A DNA stretch of 35,690 nt from Armatimonadota bacterium (GTDB taxonomy: Bacteria; Armatimonadota; Hebobacteria; Hebobacterales; Hebobacteraceae): assembly GCA_050010895.1 (NCBI GenBank), contig JBEKKD010000003.1, positions 1-35,690 on the forward strand, given 5' to 3'. Under the pieces are notes generated by a model. It saw nothing but the letters and a program-made list of their open reading frames with translations, was not told where the DNA came from and did no database searches. Shown piece after piece: positions 23,426 through 31,010 of this stretch. The stretch's first letter is position 1. Each line of letters begins with the position of its first letter. The position numbers and the translations under genes are program-made.

Positions 23426-23471
23426 CCGCTGTCAGCGCGGCCCCATCGCAGGGGGCGACGCTGGTGTTCTG

Positions 23472-25979
23472 TTAGTCGACGAGGCCGAACGCTCGGGCGA
23501 TATAGACCGACATCTGGTCTCGCGACACGTCGTTGGCAGGACGATAGAGCCCGTCTGGGTAGCCTGCCACCATGCCTTCGGAAACCAGGTACTCCACATG
23601 CTTATAGGCCCAGGCATAGCTGTTGGTCGGCGTGACGTCCCGGAAAGTCGGTGTGCTTGGAGGCGCGTACCCATCCAAGCCGGCGTCTCCGGTCGGGTCG
23701 ACGATAGACCTGGCGAGGAACACGGCCATCTGGGCGCGATTCACCGGCAGAGTCGGCCCGTACAGTGTGCTCGTGTAGCCGGTAACGATGTTCTCGGCCT
23801 TCGCGTACTCGATGTACTTGTACGCCCAGTAGTCGGTCGGCACATCGCTGAATGACGGGGTCGGCGGGCCGTCAGGCACCTGCGCGTCACCTCCGGCAAC
23901 AGCTCGTGCCAGGAACACAGCTATCTGATCCCGCTGGACAGCCTGATCGGGATGGAACATCCCGTCGGGATAGCCGAATATGATCCCCGCATGCTCGAGA
24001 GACATGATCTCATTGAACGCCCAGTAGTTCTCAGAAATGTCGGTGGGCACTTGGACGAGCGATATCAGGTTGTACGACCTCGTGCTGCTCCGTCTCACCT
24101 GGATGTAGTTGAACTGCCTCTGGCTCGCGGGGCCGAAGCGATTGGTCACAGTCAGCGTCACGGAGAAGGTACCTCGCTTCCCGTAGACGTGAACCGGGTT
24201 CTGGTCGCTGTCGTGCGTGCCGTCACCGAAGTCCCAGTCCCATGTGCTGGTGCTGTCTAGCCCTGTCGTCTGATCGGTGAAAGCCACGCTGAGTGGTACG
24301 CGGCCGGATGTCGGCGCGCCGACGAAGTCCGGCACGGGTACCGGTGGCGGCGTCGAGACAACGATGTAGCCTGCGCGCGTGATCGAATCGGTCCCGCCCG
24401 GGCCGGCAATGGTCAGCATCACGGAATAGCTGCCGGCGCTGGTGTAGACATGGCTGGGATACTGCTCGGCGGATGTGGTCCCGTCGCCGAAGCTCCACGA
24501 CCACGAAGTCGGATTGCCGGCGGACTTATCGCTGAACGCCACGGTGAGTGGCGCCGCTCCTGCCAGCGGAGTCGCCGAGAAATCCGCAACAACCGACATC
24601 GCGGGCGTCGTCACCTGTACGTAGCCTGTAAAGGTCTTGCTGGCCGTGCCGACAGCGGTCGTAGCGGTCAGGCGAACGGAATATGTGCCTGGACTGGTGT
24701 AGATGTGGGTCGGGTTCTGCAGCGTGGACGTGCTCCCGTCACCGAAGTCCCACAGCCACGCGGTGGGGCTGCTGCCCGACTGATCTACGAAACTCACCGT
24801 GAGAGGCGCAACGCCGCTGAGCGGCGTGCCGTAGAAGCTCACGAAAGCCCCGGGGTTGACGGTGATGAGCGCTGACTCTGTCTTCGTGTTGGATCCGACG
24901 GCGTTGCTCACCGTCAGACTCACGGTATAGGTGCCCGGATTCTGGTACTGGTAGATCGGGTTCTGCTGCGACGTCGTGCCGCCGTCACCGAAGCTCCAGG
25001 ACCACGATGTGGGTCCGCCCGTCGACTGGTCGGTGAAGCTCACCGTGAGAGGGGCGATGCCGCTGGTGACGCTCACGCTGAATGCCGCCGTCGGGGGCGA
25101 CGTCGGGGCGCGGACCGTGATGAGCGCTGACTGTATCTTCGTGTTGGACCCACCGGTGTTGCTCACCGTCAGGCTCACCGTATAGGTACCCACATTCCGG
25201 TACTGGTAGGTCGGGTTCTGCTGCGACGACGTGCCGCCGTCACCGAAGCTCCAGGACCACGATGTGGGTCCGCCCGTCGACTGGTCAGTGAAGCTCACTG
25301 TGAGAGGGGCGATGCCGCTGGTGACGCTCGCGCTGAATGCCGCCGTCGGGGGCAGCACCGGCGGCGCAATCGGTACTGTTGTGAACGATGCGCCCGTGGT
25401 AAGGCTCGCGCTCAACCCGGATGTCGCTGTCACCGTCTCTGGATCGGCCGCGACTGCGGCGGCGGGAATGGTGACGGCGACGAAACACGTGATCTGGCCG
25501 CCTGCCGGCACAGTCGCCGCGGCAACGACGGTCGTTTCCGTGGGCTGGTGAACGCCATCTCCGTTGCCGTCAGCGTAGACTACACACGACCATCCCTGGG
25601 TCGAGGATGTTGCGAGGCTCACGCTGTCGGGACTGTTCCCCGTATTCTGTACGGCAATCGGATAGTAGATCACGGTCCCGGGCGTGCCGGCTGCTGTCGA
25701 TATCGGGGCTAAGACATTGAGGCCGGCGACCGAGCTGACAGTGAACGTGACGGTGTTGGATGGCGCCGAACCGCCACTGTAGGAGCCGGTGGCAGTGTTC
25801 GACACCGAGGTCCCCGCGGGCGTGAGCGCGACCAGGGGACTACTCAGCAGAAAGGCAACTGCGATGGTGAGAACGACCAGAACAGAAATACAACGTGTAC
25901 GGTCCGCGCATATCCCGGCACCCCCAGTGCCGCGACGCAGCAGACCCTCGCCCAGACGCGTCACTCCTACCGCTTTCAA
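23472..25979 (-). CDS. Surface protein: N-terminal DUF11/Ig-like region, 5 PKD domains, 3 C-terminal SLH domains
   Basis: TTG start after GGAGGG and a hydrophobic signal. Five W(S/D)FGDG..QNP/QYP..G(T/S)(Y/F)(T/S)V.LT PKD units. SLH motifs GYPDGMFHPD..RDQIAVFLAR, FSDVPTDYWAYKYIE..RAQMAVFLAR and FRDV..GYPDGLYRP..RDQM. Confidence 0.9.
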   Translation of the reverse strand: MKAVGVTRLGEGLLRRGTGGAGICADRTRCISVLVVLTIAVAFLLSSPLVALTPAGTSVSNTATGSYSGGSAPSNTVTFTVSSVAGLNVLAPISTAAGTPGTVIYYPIAVQNTGNSPDSVSLATSSTQGWSCVVYADGNGDGVHQPTETTVVAAATVPAGGQITCFVAVTIPAAAVAADPETVTATSGLSASLTTGASFTTVPIAPPVLPPTAAFSASVTSGIAPLTVSFTDQSTGGPTSWSWSFGDGGTSSQQNPTYQYRNVGTYTVSLTVSNTGGSNTKIQSALITVRAPTSPPTAAFSVSVTSGIAPLTVSFTDQSTGGPTSWSWSFGDGGTTSQQNPIYQYQNPGTYTVSLTVSNAVGSNTKTESALITVNPGAFVSFYGTPLSGVAPLTVSFVDQSGSSPTAWLWDFGDGSTSTLQNPTHIYTSPGTYSVRLTATTAVGTASKTFTGYVQVTTPAMSVVADFSATPLAGAAPLTVAFSDKSAGNPTSWSWSFGDGTTSAEQYPSHVYTSAGSYSVMLTIAGPGGTDSITRAGYIVVSTPPPVPVPDFVGAPTSGRVPLSVAFTDQTTGLDSTSTWDWDFGDGTHDSDQNPVHVYGKRGTFSVTLTVTNRFGPASQRQFNYIQVRRSSTRSYNLISLVQVPTDISENYWAFNEIMSLEHAGIIFGYPDGMFHPDQAVQRDQIAVFLARAVAGGDAQVPDGPPTPSFSDVPTDYWAYKYIEYAKAENIVTGYTSTLYGPTLPVNRAQMAVFLARSIVDPTGDAGLDGYAPPSTPTFRDVTPTNSYAWAYKHVEYLVSEGMVAGYPDGLYRPANDVSRDQMSVYIARAFGLVD
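24862..25352. repeat. Near-identical tandem duplication (255-bp period) encoding PKD1 and PKD2
   Basis: 24862-25097 matches 25117-25352, including a long identical tract GTGCCGCCGTCACCGAAGCTCCAGGACCACGATGTGGGTCCGCCCGTCGACTGGTC. Confidence 0.92.
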
Positions 25980-26664
25980 GCTTTCCCTCCGCCTCGGCGG
26001 AAGACCCCACTGTCCCGACCGGTGGTCACAGACCGACCGCCTGGTCAGAACGCGACGCGCCCCAGTCTGCGCGTCATTGAGGCTACGGCGTTGCTCCTCA
26101 GCAGCCGCATACCCGGCCCACGGTGCTCGCTTTCGTCAGCGCGCCGAGCGATCCACGGTCCCCTCGGTCAGGCGCACCGACATCCCCAGTAGAGCGCCGC
26201 GAGGCAGCGGGATTCGGTCCTCCGCGCGTATTGTGGTGGATGTATACCCAGACTCTCAGCCGTTATTCCACCGCCCAAAGAGAAACCCAGAATCCTTTGA
26301 CAGATCGCGTCCAGGGTACAGAAGGGACGTTTGCATGGACAGCTAATAAGGGCTAGATAGTCTGGATTCATGCACTGAAGAGCACACGCTGACACGTGCC
26401 GCGAGACCATGCGTTGCTTCGCTCGACAACCGGATCTGCTTTGGCAGCGGGCTCCGCCTGGCAGGCTCGCACGTGGGTTCCTCGCGGTGTCCGTGTGGTG
26501 AGTAGGCCTGCTTTTGCAGCATTTGGCGCACATTCCTGCTCCTGGGGCTCACAGTGGCTAGCGTCCCCCTTGCGCAGGCGGCGAGTATAGTCTGCAATAC
26601 TGAGGCGCAGATCCGCGCACAGGAGTCTTGTGTTGCACGGAGAAGAGTCGCGCAGAGAAGAACG

Positions 26665-27933
26665 ATGAGCCAGACGGAAGTTGCCGCGCGTCCGGAAGAG
26701 ATCCGCGGCTATCATATCGCCGAGCAACTGGGCGCCTTTGGGTTGAGCGCGGTTTTTCGCGCGGTTGAGCCAGGCGCTGGCATGACGGTCGCCCTACGAG
26801 TGCTTCAGCAGGAGTTCGCTGGCGACCCGCGCGCGGTAGCCGGGTTCTGCCATCACGCGCGTTCGGCCGCTGCGCTCGACCACCCCGGCGCCGCCAGAGT
26901 GCTCGACATGTACCTTGACTCGCCGCCCTACTGCTTTGTCATGCAGTGGATGTCCGGCGGGACGCTGGCAGAGCGCCTGACACCTGGCAGCGGGCTGCCA
27001 GCCGGCGAAACCGTCGCGATGTGGATGGAACTCTGCGCAGCGGTTGGGCACGCCCACGAGCGCGGCGTCGCTCATGGGGACATTACGCCCTATGCCATTC
27101 TGTTCGACGACGAAGGCAATCCGGTGCTCACGGGATTCGGACTATCGAGAGAACTCGAAGCGGCGGCCGCGTTCGGGATCGACGGTGTCCGACGAAGCGC
27201 GGCGTATGCACCCCCGGAACAACTTCGTGGCCGCGCAGGCAGCGCGCGCGGCGACGTCTACTCGCTGGCCGCCGTTCTCTACGAAGCTCTGACGGGGCGG
27301 CCGCCCGTACCCGAGGCCGTCGGCCGGAAGCGCGGCTTGCCGCCTCCGAGCGCAACCAACTCCAGCGTGGGGCCGCGATTGGACGCCGTTGTTCGCCGCG
27401 GGCTCGCCCCGCGGTGGTTCCGGTACGCGAACGCGTCCAAACTCTCCGAGGCGCTCTTCGATGCCATGACCAACCCATCGCCGGATGTCAGGTCCCGCAG
27501 GCGAGTCAAGCGGCTGATCGTAGCTGCGATGGTCGCGGCCTCGGTCGTCGGTGTCGCCGGCGTCTATTACTCCGGCAGCAGCAAGCCCGGTCAGATGACC
27601 AGTCACACTACTCCCTACAGCCCGCTCGGGCCCGAGGTGCACGCCGCCGGCGAGACAGCAGCGGCCGATCCGCCTCCGAGCGTTAGCGATGACGTGTCGC
27701 TTGCCGCGCCGGTCGCGCCCGCGAAGCGGACCGCACAACGTCGCACGGCGGCTCGGGGGAGAACTGCCGAGCGCATGGCGCGAGGCGCTCCGGAGCGTTC
27801 CAGTCAGACGCACGGGGCAGAGCGAAGATCGAAGGCAATACGCAAATCGCAGGCGCCGACCAGGCCGCCAGTGAAAGCCAGCGCGGCGCCGAAGGTACGG
27901 CAGAGCCCCGAGTCCGCCGGGCCGGCGATCTAG
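26665..27933 (+). CDS. Hanks-type Ser/Thr protein kinase homologue, predicted pseudokinase, with one TM helix and a low-complexity tail
   Basis: The fold is recognisable from LDHPG, FVMQWMSGGTL, YAPPEQ and DVYSLAAVLYEALTGRPP, but the catalytic motifs read VALR, HGDITPYA and GFG. TM helix LIVAAMVAASVVGVAGVYY. Probable start MSQTEV. Confidence 0.85.
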   Translation: MSQTEVAARPEEIRGYHIAEQLGAFGLSAVFRAVEPGAGMTVALRVLQQEFAGDPRAVAGFCHHARSAAALDHPGAARVLDMYLDSPPYCFVMQWMSGGTLAERLTPGSGLPAGETVAMWMELCAAVGHAHERGVAHGDITPYAILFDDEGNPVLTGFGLSRELEAAAAFGIDGVRRSAAYAPPEQLRGRAGSARGDVYSLAAVLYEALTGRPPVPEAVGRKRGLPPPSATNSSVGPRLDAVVRRGLAPRWFRYANASKLSEALFDAMTNPSPDVRSRRRVKRLIVAAMVAASVVGVAGVYYSGSSKPGQMTSHTTPYSPLGPEVHAAGETAAADPPPSVSDDVSLAAPVAPAKRTAQRRTAARGRTAERMARGAPERSSQTHGAERRSKAIRKSQAPTRPPVKASAAPKVRQSPESAGPAI

Positions 27934-30743
27934 CGGACGCCCGTAGGCGCAGCCCCAAGTCCCGACCCCGACCCGGCCCCCGTTCGTGCGACCCATGGCG
28001 ACAGAAAGCCCGCGATCGCCTCAGAGAGTTGCTTCTCCGTCGCCCTGCGCCCAACGGCCAAAGGCTGTAGGCTGTCGGAGGCGCCGGGCCAGACCTTCTC
28101 CGGCTCTCTTGACCAGATACGGGCTGAGATCAGGAAATCCGACGACGGCGAGCGAGAAAGCTCGAAGACGAACACTTCGGTCAGGTTGAAGCACTCGATC
28201 ACCGCCGCGGCATCCTCCGCAGTGGGTCTCAGGCTCTGCGAGTCGACCTGCCAGACTTGTGCGACATCGTCCGGCACGAGAGCGTATCCGGTCGCTTCGA
28301 GAACGCTCGTCGCTGCCGATCGCACCAGCGGGGCGGCCGGGTCGGCAGGCGGCGCGACGAAGACCAGAGCTGCCCGCCGGGCCGAGTTCGTCCCTGTCGG
28401 CGTGATTTCGGATCTGATCTCAAGGCGCGCCGGCGCTACCGGCAAGTCCGGTTGCATGGCGGTGGCCGCGACGATAACCCGGCCCGGTCTGACCATCGAC
28501 AGCGCGATGCTGCCAGCCCCGTCGGCGATCACCACCCGGTCAGGCGCCATGCCCGCGGCCCCCTTCACATCGACCCGGAGAGTCACCGGCCGATGTCGCG
28601 CAAGCGCGTTCCCCTTCGCATCGAGCGGGGTGAAGCTGACCACCACCTGGCCACCGACCACCGCCTTCGCCGCCGCCGCCTTCATCGCGATCCGAGCAGG
28701 CGTCGGCGGTATCATGGGCACGTCGATGCTGCCGTCCGAGTCGGCCGTCATCTCGACGACCTGGTCGGCATCACCGACATGCGCTTTCACGCGAAAGACG
28801 CCGGGAGGCACGTCCACCTCATATGAACCGCCACCGTGTCCGAGCAGCGTGTCGTTCATGTAGATCGGCGCGGTCGGTGGGACTGCCGACAGACGCAGCG
28901 TCAGATGCAGCAGTCTGTCCGTGGTGAGCTGCCGCCGCCTCGCCTGCCCCTTCGGAAGGCCGGGCTCGACAGTGATCTGCTCACCCTCTGCACTGAGCAG
29001 TCCGTCGCCAAGGATCACCGAGTATTCGGCGCCGGACTTCAGCCGGCGCTGAGGCTTCAGGACGGCGCGAGCCGAGCGCTGGTCATACGAAACCTGCGCC
29101 GCTACTGGCTCGCCGCCGGCAGATTCCGCTAGCCAGACGCTGTTGCTGTCTACGGTCGACGGGCGCATCGGCACACTGAAGGCGATGGTGACATCCGTAC
29201 CTCGCGGCGCCGGGCTCTGTGAGGGGGTGGCCAGGCTGGCGCCGACGCCGGTGAGTATCGCGACCCGCCAGAAGTCGAGAAGCGCCGACCGCTCGTTCGC
29301 GTCCAACACTCTCGCCGCGTCCGCCGGCGAGATCACCAACTCCTTGGCGTGGACTCCGTCGCCTCCCGCGCCCTGGGCTTTGATGACCAGAGGACGCGGG
29401 CCTACCCGATACCCGGCCTGACTGGACGCAGCGGCGTACGCCGCTGCAGGGAAGCGGCCATCGGGCATCGGCGCCGGAGAGCGCGCGGTCGGGCGAGGGT
29501 AGACGTTCTCTGTTTTCCCATCGCTCCCTCGCACCAGGATCGGATTGCTCCCAAACCGCCTGTCTTTCTCGAAGGCGATGTCGACAGCGTCGATGACGAC
29601 GCCCGTCTCCTGGCCGCGCGACACGAGCACGTGCGCCAGGAGCCATGCAGCGACCTCTCGCGTGAGCGGCCACTTCGCGTGCAGAGACGGCTGATCGTAG
29701 AGAAGCCCCGTGGCCAGCGCGAGCGTCATGTAGGGGCGAAATGCGGGCGAGATGTTGTCGCTCCCGTCGATGGACGCGAGCGCCGCGGACCACAGATCGG
29801 GCGCGGTCGAGCCGGCCGCTGCCGTTCTGTCCGAGACCGCCTGGGGCGGGGGCGGCAGTGCCTGCAGCACCTTCAGCGGGTCGTTGCCGAATAGCGCCTT
29901 CACCGTGCCGGCGAATGCTCGCTCCCGCGTCATCACCGCGCCCGTTGCCGATACCGTCCCCGCGTAAGCGGGATCGATGGCCCGTAGCCACGCCGCGATC
30001 TCCTTATCCGATACCTCTTTGAACGGCTCGAACCGGTCCGGCGCGTGCGGCATGACTCCCGCATTCTCTACGAGCTGGATCGAGCGTCGGAACCAGCTAC
30101 CCCTGCAATCCGCGGGCAGCTTCTGGAACGCGGCATCGGCCGGCGAGGCGCCGCCCTTGTTCGTGACCCTCAGCCAGTCGTCGGCCCAAGCAGGGCTGTC
30201 ACCGCGGCGCTCGATGATCTTGAGATCGCCGGCGTTCAGCAGCACCAGTTCCGGGACGGATGCTCGCGGCGCGCCCGATACGTGCGCAATCGCATCGGCG
30301 AGTTTCCGGCTGCTGTCGATCAGAGTCGGAATGTTGATCGCCTCGTCTCGCATCACTCCCTGTATTCGGCGGCACAACTGCTGGCGCTGGCTGTCGGTCC
30401 CATAGACAGCCACCACGGAGATAGCCTGCGTGGGCGTCCCCGCGGTCGCGGTCTGAAGCTGCTTCAACTCGGTCACGAACGTTCGCCCGATCGGCTCTTT
30501 CTGCCACTCCTTCTCCAGACTCGCCTTCCAGATGTACACCGCCAGACGATCCGGCATCTGCTTCACCGCCCGGTAGTGCCGGACAGCGCCTGCCAGGCTG
30601 GTCGCCTCCAGGCTGATCGTTCCGGACTGCGGCAGCTCCTGGAGTGGAAGTGACCTGTAGTCCTCCGCCGCGCCCGACCACGGCGCGAACAGGAGAGAGA
30701 TGAGAAGAGACAGCACACAGATTCCCTGACTGGTGTACCGCAT
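27930..30743 (-). CDS. Large secreted hypothetical protein with SbsA/Big_5 Ig-like, PEGA-like and invasin-like Ig domains
   Basis: Start MRYTSQG with signal peptide. VTIAFSVPMRPSTVD..LKPQRRLKSGAEYSV (Big_5), SAVPPTAPIYMNDTLLG..VPPG (PEGA-like) and LDAKGN..VTL..PGRVIVAA (Big_1-like). I do not recognise the N-terminal ~500 aa. Confidence 0.65.
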   Translation of the reverse strand: MRYTSQGICVLSLLISLLFAPWSGAAEDYRSLPLQELPQSGTISLEATSLAGAVRHYRAVKQMPDRLAVYIWKASLEKEWQKEPIGRTFVTELKQLQTATAGTPTQAISVVAVYGTDSQRQQLCRRIQGVMRDEAINIPTLIDSSRKLADAIAHVSGAPRASVPELVLLNAGDLKIIERRGDSPAWADDWLRVTNKGGASPADAAFQKLPADCRGSWFRRSIQLVENAGVMPHAPDRFEPFKEVSDKEIAAWLRAIDPAYAGTVSATGAVMTRERAFAGTVKALFGNDPLKVLQALPPPPQAVSDRTAAAGSTAPDLWSAALASIDGSDNISPAFRPYMTLALATGLLYDQPSLHAKWPLTREVAAWLLAHVLVSRGQETGVVIDAVDIAFEKDRRFGSNPILVRGSDGKTENVYPRPTARSPAPMPDGRFPAAAYAAASSQAGYRVGPRPLVIKAQGAGGDGVHAKELVISPADAARVLDANERSALLDFWRVAILTGVGASLATPSQSPAPRGTDVTIAFSVPMRPSTVDSNSVWLAESAGGEPVAAQVSYDQRSARAVLKPQRRLKSGAEYSVILGDGLLSAEGEQITVEPGLPKGQARRRQLTTDRLLHLTLRLSAVPPTAPIYMNDTLLGHGGGSYEVDVPPGVFRVKAHVGDADQVVEMTADSDGSIDVPMIPPTPARIAMKAAAAKAVVGGQVVVSFTPLDAKGNALARHRPVTLRVDVKGAAGMAPDRVVIADGAGSIALSMVRPGRVIVAATAMQPDLPVAPARLEIRSEITPTGTNSARRAALVFVAPPADPAAPLVRSAATSVLEATGYALVPDDVAQVWQVDSQSLRPTAEDAAAVIECFNLTEVFVFELSRSPSSDFLISARIWSREPEKVWPGASDSLQPLAVGRRATEKQLSEAIAGFLSPWVARTGAGSGSGLGAAPTGVR

Positions 30744-31010
30744 TCGTGCGTGCCTTCGGTAGAGAGCAATAATAACACGGGCTGCATGATTCTGCGCGAT
30801 CGCTGCCGACCTTGGGAAGTCCCTGGAACCGCCAACAGCAGGGCATGGCCGCAAATCGTCACGCGAAAGAGGGGTGCGGGGGCAGGACGACGCGCTGGCG
30901 GCGTCCCACCATGCCGCCGGGAATCTCCTCGGCGGGAGATCGCTGCGGCCGAACGATCGGGCGCGGCAAGCACCACTGCCGGCCCAGAAACTGGCCGCCA
31001 GAGCCGCCAG

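Noticed and set aside
24110-25352. Repeats as a CRISPR array or DGR template/variable repeat
   Set aside because: The repeats are in-frame PKD coding units with no spacers. Mismatches are not adenine-specific and no cas or reverse transcriptase gene is present.
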